Assembly (NCBI GenBank): GCA_002104905.1
Contig: MCFE01000138.1
Coordinates: 93,486-157,485 of the forward strand
Length of the DNA: 64,000 bases
Direction of reading: 5' to 3'
Origin: Basidiobolus meristosporus CBS 931.73
Taxonomy: Eukaryota; Fungi; Basidiobolomycota
The position numbers and the translations under genes are program-made. Positions 37,681 through 50,768 of this stretch are shown here, piece after piece; the first letter of the stretch is position 1; the number at the start of each line of letters is the position of its first letter. A model generated the notes under the pieces. That model was given only the letters and a program-made list of their open reading frames with translations. It was not told where the DNA came from and did not search any database.

Positions 37681-39734
37681 CAGGATTGCATTTTAGACTC
37701 TCTTGGGGAGGCAAGGGCACTGCATTGGTACCGCTTCACCGGGGTCACTTGAGTTGAGTTAGCACTTAGAGGTCAACATTTTGCATTTACCATTACCATG
37801 ATGAGACAATGAACCTATTAAAAGATTTTGACTCTGTTAATCAGTTCTAACCATATGTGAATAATTAAGTAACTGTAATTAAGTTTTGACAGTGATAATG
37901 CTTATCATTCAGGTACACAGCATTTTCTTCACCATCTCTCTGCCTCAACCAGACATTTGCTAGACCAGAAGCTTGGGAGCTTATATAGTCAAGATTGGAC
38001 TGAACCAAAAGGCATTAGAAGAGAATAGGATAAGGTAATATCAAGAACCAAAGGGAGGGCTGGGTGTACTATTTATGTGCTTTTTGGTTGGATCACTGAA
38101 GCTGGGGTTATACTCCTGGCAAAGTATACTGGGGCCAGAGCTTGATGCATATTTTTGTATTTTCTAATGTATGCTCAAGATAATGAACTAGATATGCAAG
38201 CACACAAAACCATTGTTTACAGCAAATACATTATATGGTGAATTTTGTAATTACACCTAGAGATCCACCCATCATGATTACTTGGATATAGTCCACAGGC
38301 CTAAGAGAGCTCTGACTAAGCTCCTTGTTGGGGTTTACTTGGAATAGCTCCACCCAAAAGTACAGGCACTTAAGAAATGAAATATCTCAAAGTTGCCAAT
38401 ACAATCCCAAGCTTTGCACATATACTCTTGGGACATTCCTAAGCATATTTCATGTGCCTGTCTTGCAAAGAGTATACAAAAGTGCACATACTACTTTAAC
38501 TTACAACATATCATTAAGTGAATGCCAAATAATCTACTTACTCTCTTGGTAAACTTGAATACCTCCAAGACTCCCACAACAAACTGATAGCTTGTATCAA
38601 AACAGCTCACATAAAGTTTAGCTGCCATTGTCTACTAAATTAGCCATTCCTTCAACACTAACCATGAATATTACTAATACATAGCAGCCACTTATCATTA
38701 CTCATAAAAGCTAGCCAATCCATATTAGGGTGCATCCAATGTATCCTTGAGAATCGCAATGGTGCATAAGGAATGTGTACCAATACAACCTGGGGAATTA
38801 GGCATGTTGTATTCAGAGTAGGGCTTCTTTAGGATGCCAAGCACTCCTAGATTGTAGATAAACTTGCAATGAATGAGATTCTTTAGTTGGAGAGCATGTT
38901 GGAAATGCTTTTCAGAATATGTGTATGCTGACTACAAGTGATCTATGTATATCATAAATAAAACCATATTGATCAAACTATAAATAGTCACCAATATATA
39001 CCAACAATAGTAGAACTGTATTGCTTGGTCATGAACCAATAGTTTCAATCTACAATGCAAGTATTCAATGCAGAGGAAAGCTACTATGCCACTATAGCTA
39101 CCCAATCACACTTTGGTAAATAAAAACAATATTTGAAGCAAAACATATACACCAGTATGAACTTGGGAATTACAAGCTGACTCCTTGATGTGGCTTAGAG
39201 GTGCTATATATGGGTGCATAGGCCAGATGAGAACTGCTGGAAATCCTGCCTTCCAAGCTCTCTGTATATGCATGTAGTGGTAGATTTGAATGTGCATTCA
39301 CAATGTTGATATCTTAGCTGTGCTTGCTGCCTTCATTCCTGTGTGTGATTGGTATGAAACTCAGTTGTTTACTCACTTATGAAAGGAGCAAAAGCTGGCT
39401 AATAGCACACAGTAACATGAAGCCATATTGAGGTGCATTGTTCTATGTAATACTCAACAATGGTTCTTAATGACTTCGAAGCACATGAGGCTGGCATGTT
39501 AGAGTATAACCACCAAGCAAATCTCTTACATTCATGATGGGTAGATAGAGGGTCTAATTGATGACCTATGCTTTGTCAAACTACTTAGGGTTTAGTAATG
39601 CATTGGCCTCACTGGAAAAGCAGCCTTTAAAAATGCCGATTCTTTGCAACTTTACTTTTTAGAATTCAATCTCTCAAATCTAAGTCGCCTTCATTGTCAG
39701 TCAATGATAGGTCTTTGTTGTTGGAAGCCAGTGC

Positions 39735-39860
39735 CTCCTGATAACAAGCTCCCAACTGCTCAGCACATAGGTTGTTGATGTGAGATACCTGAGATTGACA
39801 AAGATGTGATTGCCGCAACAAGCAAGAGGAAGGAAAGCTGCGTGACTGGATGGCGGAATC
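39735..39860 (-). pseudogene. 5' remnant of family C
   Basis: GCAAGAGGAAGGAAAGCTGCGTGACTGG and CCTGATAACAAGC match the C3 signal-peptide region. Confidence 0.55.
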
Positions 39861-40502
39861 CCTCAGAAAGTTGCCGTACTTCCATTACTTTCTCTACGCC
39901 ACTCAAGTTACCATTTATTTATTTGTGACATTAACTTCATGCTAGTCGAGCAACAGATATCATATATCGCATAAAATTAGTTTCAGTCATCCATTGGTCA
40001 ATTGTACGTAGCCATGATAAAATGATCAACAGTGACACTCTCCAAGTAGTGAAATTCAGAGAACTATAGTTGGCAAACTCAAAAGTCTGACAAACAGGCT
40101 CCTTAAGATAAACGCACGCTGCAAGTGTGAGAGTATGTTGTGCTTTACACCACAACTGGTCATATCCATGGACTCCAAATAATGATAGCATTGATGATGT
40201 CTTGTGGCTCCTTTGCTAGAGTCATCTCTATAAAATCCTTTAGAAAGACTGGGAAAAGTCTTTAACTTTCACAGTATCTCAGCTCTCCGATTACACATGA
40301 CATTTCCGCTAGTCCTCTCTGCATTGTAGAAAATGCAAAAGTACAACGCGGCAACAAGAAGCCAGAGGATTTTTTTTGGTACTCCATAGCATCCAATAGT
40401 TTTACCATCACCAGATGCATGAAGTACCAATGTAGACAGTATTGAGAGTTAATTAAGGAATTTATTGAATGCCTATCTACTTCTATACACAGATATTGCC
40501 CT

Positions 40503-41231
40503 TTAGAGGCTCGAGAACACCTTGATGGCATCCTCAGCGGTGGATCGTGCGCTTGCTGGGTTAGCTCCAGTGACAACTCGGCCGTCAGTTTGTGTAAAAT
40601 CGGCAAACGGAGTGGGGGGTGCCACATACTCGGCTCCAACAGCGGCCGCTCCTTCTTCGATTGTAGCCACATTGGCTGATTTGATAATATCAAGCAGGCT
40701 GAGCATCACCTCACCCTCCGTGGTGAACCCGGTGACCTTCTTGCCAGCAATGATGGATTTGCCTGTGGTGCTGTCAACGATGCCTGGGAGAATGGCTGGT
40801 CCATGACACACAGCTGAAACAACACCTCCACGCTTGTATATGTCCTCGGCAATATGCTGTAGGCCACGAGCCGTAGGGTAATCCCACAAGGTCGCGTGCC
40901 CGGCAGAGGCAAAGAATAGGCCATAGTCAGCAGGGTTGAGGTCCGACGCCTTGCGAAGATGTGAGTTCAGTTTGACATTGAATGGATGTGAAGGGTCGTT
41001 CAGCACCTTTTGATCATCCTCGGAGAGAAAGTCTTTCGACAAGGAGTGCTCATCGACTCCGTAGGTACCAGTCTCGGAGGCGAAGTCAACCTCGAACCCG
41101 GCCTCAACAAGCGCTTCGTAAGGATGCAATGCTTCCGTATAGAAAAGTCCAGTCTTACTACCATTGGCGTAGAAGGGCTCGTTATAGCTGGTGATGGCTA
41201 GTAGTGCTCTGCGTGGAAGGTTGGCTGGCAT
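40503..41231 (-). CDS. HSP31: HSP31-like DJ-1/PfpI-family protein (putative glyoxalase III/chaperone), 242 aa
   Basis: Motifs TGLFYTEALHP, FFASAGHATLWDYP, AVCHGP (nucleophile Cys-His), VTGFTTEGE, DGRVVTGANPASA; ATG start and complete C-terminus. Confidence 0.93.
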   Translation of the reverse strand: MPANLPRRALLAITSYNEPFYANGSKTGLFYTEALHPYEALVEAGFEVDFASETGTYGVDEHSLSKDFLSEDDQKVLNDPSHPFNVKLNSHLRKASDLNPADYGLFFASAGHATLWDYPTARGLQHIAEDIYKRGGVVSAVCHGPAILPGIVDSTTGKSIIAGKKVTGFTTEGEVMLSLLDIIKSANVATIEEGAAAVGAEYVAPPTPFADFTQTDGRVVTGANPASARSTAEDAIKVFSSL

Positions 41232-43071
41232 TGTAATTTAGTTCTGAATACCAAACCAGGTTCATCGAGTCACGTTATATAATGGGCTCGTGCAACTGGA
41301 TGACAAATTGATCGAAATTTCTGGCAAATGATCATTTTTTTTTGATGATGATTGCTTATCAAGTAGTTGAGATACTGACCATTTTTGGTTAGAACTACGA
41401 TGGCTTTCATGGTGTGTCATGTAATATACATCAAGCAGCGGGGGATAGACATGACCGCCTATGCTTTGATTATCTTTACGTTCTAGTTACGAATCTAATT
41501 TTGGGCTGAGTGTCTTCGGCGAGATGAAGGATTCAAATACGTTGCTTCCGTGTCTTTAGAAAGTCACTTATCGAGGTACAGTGCTTCGTTTACTGTCAGA
41601 CTAGTTAGATTTCAGCTTACATGTACGTTACCTGTCGTCTGGCTATTTACGTAGCTAAATATTCGTGAAGCCGTATAGACTGCCACTTGGAAGAATCGAA
41701 TCGTGATTGAGCACGCAAAATTTTATTGACACGTGATGCAATCACGGAGGTATTACAAAGGCTGGAACAGGTAATGCTGTGGATGTCAGATCTGAGATAA
41801 TACCACATTTCACTCAGTGCTTAGACCCACAGAGTAAATTCCCAACCGGGTAGGTTTCATGTAGCGATCCACTAGCTTGGATCAGCTTGTGGGTCTTCCC
41901 TCCAATAAGATACAACCTCTTGGGCTTTTGGCAAACTCGATTCCATACGTAATTCAAGATGTGATAGAAACATCTTCGTCGACTTCAACAACGCAGTGAT
42001 TCTCACGTAAAGCAGGAAATCCCTTCGAACATTCCAAAATTCTGCCAAGTCTGCCAACCAATCTTGTATAAGTGGTACTTTATCCCGATTGCAAACGAAA
42101 TCCAACCCAGTGCTTATGCCGGGGATGAGCAACTGCAGGAGGAGTTGTAGAAGTTTTCGGAAAAGTTGGTGAAAGCGAAGGTTTCTGTATAAAAGATGTA
42201 AACAAGCCAATTAACCATTAAAATATTAATGGAGTAACTACCATAGATGTGTAATAGCGTAATTCCTCAGAGTTATGAGCCACTAATTGACTTCTGACAT
42301 CCTTGGTACCTGAACAAAGCAGGCCTGTCTATCAATCTGTTGATGATATTATTCTTATCTTCTACAGGGAACACATTCCATACAATTTGCATGCATGCAT
42401 ATACAACTCTTGTCTTACATGGCCAACTGAATCCGAAAGATACACCTCGTAGTCTCCCTTGGAAGGCAATCTTCACAACCTTCTTCAGCATGCTGACACA
42501 GTAGCACAAAAGCCAAACCAGTATTTTACCCGATATCCAGTGGATTGCTAGGTAGGATGCAATTGTGAACAACAAACATATTGTCAGCCGCAATCCCGTA
42601 TACAAACCGTGCCGATAAAAATCATTCTTAGCATTATGTTGATGCCGAGTATTCTTCAACATGCAACTAGTCATGCCGTGGCTTTTTAGCTTCTGCTTCA
42701 AATTAAGTAACGAGAAAACGAATAAAGATTGTCATTCCTGAGTCTGAGCATATCGAGGGTTTGTTTATTGTCAATAAATAAGTGGGGAATGATAATATTT
42801 GAAAAGTCCATTGATATGAGGCACAGATACGTGAATAGTTAGGTCTGCTAGATATATCTATCAAACTATTCAGTGCTGAAATTGTTACTGAACAGGAGTA
42901 GCAATCTGTGGAGCTTTCATGGTTAGGGTAAACAAAGCTATAGCCCCCAATGGTAGTACTTAGGGTTAGTTCACCTACAAATACAATGACTATGTACGTT
43001 ATATTTGCATAGAAGGTTGTTGCTCTCTTTACAATGAACAAGGATTACATATTATACACATGGACAGCCTC

Positions 43072-43887
43072 TCAAAGACTCGAGAACACTTTGATAGCAT
43101 TCACCGCAGTAGATTTGGCACTTGCAGGGTTAGCGCCAGTGACCACACGACCATCAGTCTGAGTAAAGTCGGCAAAAGGAGTAGGGGGTGCCACATACTC
43201 TGCCCCGACCGCCGCTGCTCCTTCCTCGATTGTAGCCACATTGGCCGATTTGATCAGCTCAAGCAGATTTAGCATTTCCTCACCCTCAGTGGTGAACCCA
43301 GTAACCGTTTTGCCAGCAATGATGGACTTACCAGTGGTACTGTCCATAATACCTGGGAGAATGGCGGGTCCATGACATACAGCCGAAACCACACCCCCGC
43401 GCTTATAAATGTCTTCAGCAATATGCTGCAGGTGACGAGCTGTAGGATAATCCCACAGGGTTGCGTGGCCAGCAGAGGCAAAGAACAGCCCGTAGTCAGC
43501 AGGGTTGAGATCTTCCGCCTTGTAAAGCTGCGAGTTCAGCTTGACATTGAAAGGATGTGAAGGGTCGGCCAGCACCTTTTGATCATCTTCGGACAGGAAA
43601 TCCTTAGAGAGGGAGTGCTCATCCACTCCGTAGGTACCAGTCTCGGACGCAAAATCGACCTCAAACCCGGCCTCAACAAGCGCTTCGTAAGGATGCAATG
43701 CTTCGGTGTAAAACAGTCCGGTTTTACTGCCGTTGGCGTAGAAGGGCTCGTTATAGCTGGTGATGGCTAGTAGTGCTCTGCGTGGAAGGTTGGCTGCAAA
43801 AGCTGGACCAGGTAATGTGAGATAATACTGATTCGTCCGGCGCTTGCATTGTTTGTAAGTATAGATGAACTGATTCCATATCGACAT
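43072..43887 (-). CDS. HSP31: Second HSP31-like paralog; the start is uncertain (roughly 30-aa unrelated N-terminal extension)
   Basis: Close paralog of 40503-41231 from ANLPRR onward; lacks the homologous ATG but is open to an ATG at 43887. Confidence 0.85.
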   Translation of the reverse strand: MSIWNQFIYTYKQCKRRTNQYYLTLPGPAFAANLPRRALLAITSYNEPFYANGSKTGLFYTEALHPYEALVEAGFEVDFASETGTYGVDEHSLSKDFLSEDDQKVLADPSHPFNVKLNSQLYKAEDLNPADYGLFFASAGHATLWDYPTARHLQHIAEDIYKRGGVVSAVCHGPAILPGIMDSTTGKSIIAGKTVTGFTTEGEEMLNLLELIKSANVATIEEGAAAVGAEYVAPPTPFADFTQTDGRVVTGANPASAKSTAVNAIKVFSSL

Positions 43888-44186
43888 TGACTGCCAATGT
43901 CATTAACTGGCGTGACACTGCAAGTCACTATACCTGCTAGTAGTTCACGCTTGGACGATTATCGCATAATTTTGGTTAAATAGCACTTACTTCACTTAAG
44001 CTGAGTATTCAACCATGGTATTATTAACTACGTTAGTCTTGAAAGTTACATTGTGTGTAGTGTACAGGGTATTGGGTCATGGATGTTGGTTATCGTTAAG
44101 ATAACTGTCGTTTGCTATTGCTTCGGTGCATGTGGGATTTCATTTGCTGTTTATTGATTATCTATATGTTGGTGCTAGTCTTTACT

Positions 44187-44885
44187 TCAGCACTGGCTCC
44201 TCTCAAGATGGGTGTTGGGAGGGTTAATCACACTACATAGTGGTGAAACATATCCATCTGCTGGCTTGGGAGACAAAGCCAAGGTACTGAGGATTCCGTT
44301 GCTTAGCATATTGGTAGTTGCTGGGACAATCAATCCATCTGAGCTAGGATTTGATAGGCTTCGGTAGACACACACACGCTCTCCACGGCAGTTAGCCTCA
44401 CTGAAGAAGCAGAAAGTATTCTCAGCGAAAGGACTGAAATTCATGACTCCCACATTGGGTTTGGGCGATATGTTGTAGCATTGGTTGATCTTTGGATAAT
44501 ACAACTGATAGGTAGATCCATAGGCGCCATCCTCTCCGTTACAATAGCCCATGACTCCGTTGGGAATGGAGTTAGGGGACACAGAGGTCTCGCTATCATC
44601 AACCTGGTAGTTAGTTTCGTTCATTGGATACTCCCAGTCTAGGAACTGCAAGTCTGCTTCGGAGGAAAGCACGGCCGAATACCAAGTGGGATAGTTCATA
44701 CTATTGATCAGGCATTGATGTGTTACACTTGTGAATGGCAGGTTAGGCGGAAACTCCTCCACAATAGGGGAGTATGTCAAGGGAGGAAGTAATCCGTTTG
44801 TGCCAATCTTAGGGTCCAGAGGCTTGCTTGTTACAGAGGCGGCAAGTACACCCAGAATAGCGAGGTCAGTTATACGGAAAAGCAT
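44187..44885 (-). CDS. Secreted Cys-containing orphan protein (232 aa), candidate effector/toxin
   Basis: Signal MLFRITDLAILGVLAASVTS; 8 Cys including CYNIS..FCFFSEANCRG; long uninterrupted ORF with an ATG start. Confidence 0.8.
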   Translation of the reverse strand: MLFRITDLAILGVLAASVTSKPLDPKIGTNGLLPPLTYSPIVEEFPPNLPFTSVTHQCLINSMNYPTWYSAVLSSEADLQFLDWEYPMNETNYQVDDSETSVSPNSIPNGVMGYCNGEDGAYGSTYQLYYPKINQCYNISPKPNVGVMNFSPFAENTFCFFSEANCRGERVCVYRSLSNPSSDGLIVPATTNMLSNGILSTLALSPKPADGYVSPLCSVINPPNTHLERSQC

Positions 44886-45534
44886 TGTTATGGCAGCACA
44901 CCATGCTACGTTTCTCTTTTATATTGGTTCCCCAAACCTCAGTTACTAGTAGGAAAATTTTTGGAAGAATTGTCTATCTCAAAGTATTCCAAAGAGAAGG
45001 TTTAGTGCTGGTAATTGCCTATCAGAAAGTGTTCCAAAGAGAAGGCTTATTACTGGTGGAAGCTTGTCTGATAGCGGAATCTGATTGCGCTCGAAGTCTT
45101 GAGTTCGATTTTCCTGGGTTTTTTCTTTGTGTCGAGCAAGTTTATCCGAGGGAACATAGTGGCTGAAGTAATATGGTAATTACCAACTAGTAACAGCAAT
45201 AACTTTCCAGTGTTTTGGCTTCCAGATCCATACACCAATTACAAAACGTCTCTGGTTAATGCGATTTCGCCCCCGCAACATTCGCCAAGATGGAAAGTGC
45301 CGGAATTAAGTTACGAGTAGTTCCTGCTTATAGTAATGTCGTGTGTAGCTAAATCAATTTACCTCAATATGGAGATATCCTACACTTAGCACACACCGGT
45401 TCGGCTATTTATGGTTGGATGGTGTCAATACGAAAAATAAGGTAACAGGGATTAAGGCACGGGGGTAGTAAAAAACTCTGAAAGAGATTTACTGATTTAT
45501 ATGGTCAATTATTGCGACTAAGCTGCTACCTTCA

Positions 45535-45665
45535 TTACTGTGCACATGGTGAGCTGCGATAATGAGCCCTTCTATACTCGCGAGTGCGTGGAAAAGAACA
45601 GGGGCAGCAACGGCTACATGGTTCGTGGCAAGGCCTGGAATCACTGCTACGGTAACAAAGCGCAT
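45535..45665 (-). pseudogene. Family B copy B5, only the 5' 130 bp, frameshifted
   Basis: ATGCGCTTTGTTACCGTAGCAGTG.. matches the B3/B6 start; homology ends after RSSPCAQ. Confidence 0.7.
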
Positions 45666-45888
45666 GTGGAGAAACAGTTAAATAATGAATTTGTGTACTG
45701 GGTAAATTACTATTATGTATAGCATAGCTCACCTTTCCTTGACTAATCAGGTCATTACTCATACCCTCAGTATTTTGCAAACGTTTCCATAGTTTCTTAT
45801 TTTTTCAATTTCCTTCCATTATTTTGTGGAGCTCATCATGACTAAACCTGATATGTGTAGTTACATGGCTTTTGCCTTTATTCTATTG

Positions 45889-46440
45889 CTAATCCCAGTA
45901 TCTGTTTCCACTGAAATATCTAACTTTGAAGTGGCGACGAGCAGATCTCTTATACTTCTTGTATCCCCCTCTAAGCGCACGCGCTGCTGGCTGAGTGATG
46001 ATAATTTGTGGCTGTTGCTGCTTGGGCTGGTACAGGGTTTGATCAATGACTTGCGCTTGGTCGAACTGGTTTGAGTTGGACAAGGCATTGGCTTTACTGG
46101 CAGAATGGCCATTGATGTTGTCCAACAAGGCTTGGGACGGTTGAAGATTGGAAATGTCGAACCCTTGCAACCCAGAGAATCCTGGCTGCTCACCCGGAGT
46201 CTCGCTTGTCTGCATTGGAGCACTCATCTCCGAATCATCCCCCTCCTCAGTTGACGGCTGGTATTCTTGACTGGGGACCGAAGTGTCCTGATAACAAGCA
46301 CCCTGTTGTTCGACGCATGGCTCATTGGTGAAGGCTACCTGGGAGTCACCGAGTGGGGTAGCGGAGATTGCTTGCAACGAAGCGATGGCGGAAACTAGCA
46401 AGAGGAAGGAAAGCTGCATGACTGGCTGGTGGAGTCTCAT
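45889..46440 (-). CDS. Family C intact secreted protein C5 (183 aa)
   Basis: Close paralog of C3 with an open frame; tail ends FSGNRYWD. Confidence 0.85.
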   Translation of the reverse strand: MRLHQPVMQLSFLLLVSAIASLQAISATPLGDSQVAFTNEPCVEQQGACYQDTSVPSQEYQPSTEEGDDSEMSAPMQTSETPGEQPGFSGLQGFDISNLQPSQALLDNINGHSASKANALSNSNQFDQAQVIDQTLYQPKQQQPQIIITQPAARALRGGYKKYKRSARRHFKVRYFSGNRYWD

Positions 46441-47780
46441 GCGAATTTTGCCGATTTATATCACCTCGATCCCACTCAATTAGGCTTCGTTCATAGCGCT
46501 AGCTTTATGCGAGCTAGATTGATTTAACCTTTGCTACTTTACCTCTTCGTACCAAGGCTATACAGTATAGGCTGCACTTCAAAGCGTAAAGAATGAGGGC
46601 GATCCGGTCAATGATACCCTTAATATCATTCACAATTCTCTCAGTTTTTGCAATAGCTATCCATATTGGTAAGGACTTTGGTAATTGTTCACTAATGAGC
46701 CTAAACATTACCGTCGATAGCTCCAAGGTGATTTCGGTCAATTTCAATGGGTTTTGGTACTCCCTTTGTATCAGTGTAGCTTTTCTGGATGGTACTTTGT
46801 CCTGTGAGCTTGGTATCTTTGTTACATCTTTAAGGCAAGTATCTCTTACGATAGTCCTATTATTACCTGGAAGGTATTGTCCTTTGGTAGTGTTGTTTTC
46901 TTGCTATACATATGCTTATAAATATTGCTGAACTGACCCTGCCGCAACTGGAGAGCAGCCACCACAGTCAAGCTTTGGGGCAGGCGTATCAAATTAACCT
47001 GTTATTACAAGAACCTAGGGCTGTTGCTGATTGGTGAACAATACGACTGTCCTGGGGTGTACAGCACAGTACAAGCAAGAATAAATTGGTCAGTTGTTTG
47101 CCAAGAGTTGGGGATATTGAGTGGATAGTGCTCGGGATAGTTGAGGCTGCCTTGGAATTTCTTGTTGTAGTACACGCGTTTTCAATTAGTTATTTGTCAA
47201 GAAACAAGCCAAATGTGACTGTTCACTTTATTTGTGTTACGCTTTATCTATGCTGCTACAATCAATAGCTTGGATGGCGATGCTTTCTTGCAAGACACAT
47301 GCACTTATCTATTGCAAACTTTACCCTGCCACAGATGGAGTACAGCGTCGGATTAAGAGCTCAGCCACCGACTACCACGGTCATTCTTTTGGGCAGGTTG
47401 ATTACATAACCTGTTATTTCAAGAACAGACTCATTGCTGATTGGTGCAAATCCTTGTCACCAATGACCGGCATGGTGCATAGAGACGGTGCCGGCATGAA
47501 GGAAATATTCATGGATGTGTTTAGCTAGTACTGGTTTCCTCAGGTAATGTTGCAGATTTGGCCTCAACTGTAACCATTCATGATTTCTGGATCATTTCTA
47601 CAAGCTTGGCCTAAGACTCAGCACTTTAGGTGGGAAGCCGCTATACTTAGTAGAAATGGGCACATGAAGCAGCCATTAGCATAATGACACAACACTAAGC
47701 CACCACCTGGATAAGGTGATATAAAGCAGCAGGTGTGGGCTTGTTAGTCTCAAGACTTATTGCACTCCACTTCCTCAGCC

Positions 47781-47999
47781 ATGGTATCCGATCAAGAAGC
47801 CCGTTTGTATTCTGCCGATGTCAGAGAAGAAATTGCCAGAGCCAAGAGAGCTAACAACGGAAACTACGCCTCAGTCACAGTCAAAGGGATTCGCTGGACT
47901 TGGAGAGGACCCGGAACTGGCGAGCTGTCCTTCAAGCAGATCCTCGAAGGGAGAAAGGGGACCGCCTGCGTGGATAGCCAGACTTGGATAATCTCGTAG
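47781..47999 (+). CDS. Family E copy E2 (72 aa)
   Basis: Identical to E1 except V>I; the TATA box is conserved. Confidence 0.6.
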   Translation: MVSDQEARLYSADVREEIARAKRANNGNYASVTVKGIRWTWRGPGTGELSFKQILEGRKGTACVDSQTWIIS

Positions 48000-48769
48000 G
48001 GTTCGGTTGGTGCTTGCGTAGCCGGTGGACTCTTGGAGATGTTACTGTTAAGGATATTTAGCTGAAACATTGCGAAATAAATTCATCCAAATCCGCATTC
48101 CTTTGACCTAGCTGTGATATGCTCAATGATGCAAAAAGAATTGCATTACAAACATCCAGCACATTTGCTACCTCAAGTCCACATAACAGTGACATTTGGT
48201 ACCTTAAGCCTTGCACTTCCACAGTTTTCAACGATATATTACAAGTCACTGGAATATCCAATCCTCAATGCGTATTTTCTAAATCGTTGCATTATTAAGT
48301 CGGTGTGAATCTTCTCTTTAATAACTTATTGCATGGTTAAGCCGTGTACGTGTAACCATCAGTCCATGGAGATGTTGGGGCTGCACCGTCTTGGCAGTAT
48401 AACTTACTGAGTGTCATTGTTGCAAGAGATAACAAGTGTGGATATAAGATAATATATACTGATTGTTGTGGGTGTCTTTGGCTTCACCACAGTTGGCCAT
48501 CCAGTCTTTGCATCTGGTTCATGCCATGCTTGACCAATCCACTCAATATAAGCAACTATTCATCTGGAAGGTGCGTGGATGGTGTGTGGATGGTTTGTTA
48601 CCAGTGCACAGTCAATCTGGATTGCTTGCTATAAATTGTTGCGGGCTGTATGGAAGAAGTGAGGCGTCAAAATGCCGTAGTATTGAGTCACCGTCTGGGC
48701 GGGATAGATATAAAGCAGCAGTTGTGGACTTGTCTGTCTTAAAACTTATTGCACTCCACTTCCTCAGCC

Positions 48770-48994
48770 ATGATACCTGATCAAGAAGCCCGTTTGTACT
48801 CTGCTGATGTCAGAGAAGAAATTGCCAGAGCCAAGAGAGCTAACAACGGAAACTACGCCTCAGTCACAGTGAAAGGGATTTGCTGGACTTGGAGAGGACT
48901 CGGAACTGGCGAACTGTCCTTCAAGCAGATCCTCAAAGGGAGAAAGGGGACCGCCTGCGTGGATAGGTTTGGTTGGTGCCTACGTAGCCGGTAG
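48770..48994 (+). pseudogene. Family E copy E3, C-terminus altered by a deletion of about 23 bp
   Basis: GGATAG[CCAGAC..CGTAGG]GTTTGG is deleted, removing the stop; the upstream region beyond the TATA box differs. Confidence 0.55.
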
Positions 48995-49845
48995 ACTCTT
49001 GGAGATGTTGCTGTTAAGGATATTTAGCTGAAGCATTGTGAAGTAATAAACATTCCTTTGACCCAGCTGTATTATGCTCATTGCACTTTATCAAATATAT
49101 GTGAATTGCTATTTTGATTGTCTAAGTGTACAACTGCCATGTACAGGCTAAACTTACAGCTCTCAGTATCTCAGGTTCTATTGTTTTTACAGACAAGGAT
49201 AAATATTTTCTCGGGGGTGAATAGGCTGAATATCCTTTCCACAAGACTTGGTAATATGTTATCGTGAAATTCACACCTACCAGGTGTGGGACAAGTATTA
49301 CTGTTGTCCAAGGTTGATGATTCTGTGAACAGAATAGGAAATTTCAAAGGCGCCTCCATTATATCTTTTTCGAATAACTGTCATACAGATACAACACGCT
49401 TTACAATACAGTTGAAAGATAAAGATGCGATATTGAAGAGTGTTATTGTAGGGATGTGTAGAGTTCAAGATTTAATGGCAACTACTTCAACGAATATTCC
49501 TGGCGTTTTTTAGTTGCAGTGGAGAGTATTTCTTCAGATACCGGGAGCAAAAACGGATATTTTGAATAAACATTAAAGTGATTTAATGGTATCACGGGCC
49601 CTGATCTTGGGGGAATAAATAGTCACATACGTCTACTAATGTATTTATACTTATTGTCCAGCATCCACCGGAGGTTTTTGACAGAGTAGCACTGTTATTT
49701 ATACCGTTGTAAATGATGTGTAGCATGTATGGTTAGAATACCCCAACATATACTGTTTACTTCTTTATACAGCTACTTTGTATACTTGCATTATTTCTAG
49801 CATTCAGCATTGAACGTATTGGATTTATTGATTATCAGATACAAA

Positions 49846-50768
49846 GAAGACCCTTTGGCAGTATGTGCTTACATACAGAGGTCATCAGGGGTCTGTCGGC
49901 CAGCATAAGCACCTACTGTAAGCCCATTTGGTGCTGCTCTTGAACTCTAGTACAGAAACTTGTTCACAATGACAAATAGCTGCCAGAGAGCTTAGTTGGA
50001 TAATGTATACTATTGTTGATGCTTTTTGTATCCTTCTCATCTTACTGATAGTGTTCATGCTTTGAGAAAAAGAACAAGAAAGGACCTTCTGATTACCATT
50101 ACATATCAGTTGAGTTCCAGGTCTCACTAAGCTTACAGCTGTCAGCTTATACAGTAATAGCTATCTGGCAGACTTACTTCTCAGGTGGAGACAAGACTAG
50201 CTAGCATTCATACCAAATCTGATCATCAACCACTCTCTACTTGCCCCTAAAGTGCAGCTAGAAATCTAAAGGAAAAGCAACAGCAGAATGCCTGCAAAAT
50301 ATCATTGGAATACCAACAGAATACCAGCTGATTATTAGATGAATTCTAGGTCTGAGATATCCCATAGGGATGCAACATCTGTGCTTTCTGTACACCTAGG
50401 TTGTGATTTACAAATCTTTGAGAGCTCTAGCCATTGGCCTTGTATAGAGTCACTCAGCACAAGTATCAGATACCTAAGACATGAAATATCTGAGAGTTGT
50501 CATAACAGCCCCAAACTTTGCACACATATTCTTGGAACCATCATAATTGTATTTTTCATGTTTGCACTGTTAAGACCATGTTGAAGTAAAGATGATACTC
50601 TTATATTTGATGAATGATTAGGAGCAGACCGCAAATTCTATTTGTTCTCCCATTCACTTCCAGTATCTCTGAGACTCTTGAAACATTATACTATAAAATC
50701 TGCACAACCACTCTTATTTTCATCAAATTTGCTTATGCTCAGCTATTTGTGTCCTCACAAGAGCCTAA
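49846..50768 (-). mobile_element. Decayed TE-like coding remnant, homologous to 21435-22358
   Basis: Collinear; one minus-strand frame has about 13 in-frame TGA codons by my manual count, consistent with CGA>TGA decay. Confidence 0.55.

Noticed and set aside
40522-41201. Overlapping antisense and alternative-frame ORFs on HSP31, A/B/C and RT
   Set aside because: They are shadows of real coding frames with no independent motifs.
41872-43041. ORFs of 112-142 aa between the HSP31 paralogs
   Set aside because: No recognisable motif, signal peptide or paralog, and mostly non-ATG starts; they cannot be supported without expression or homology data.
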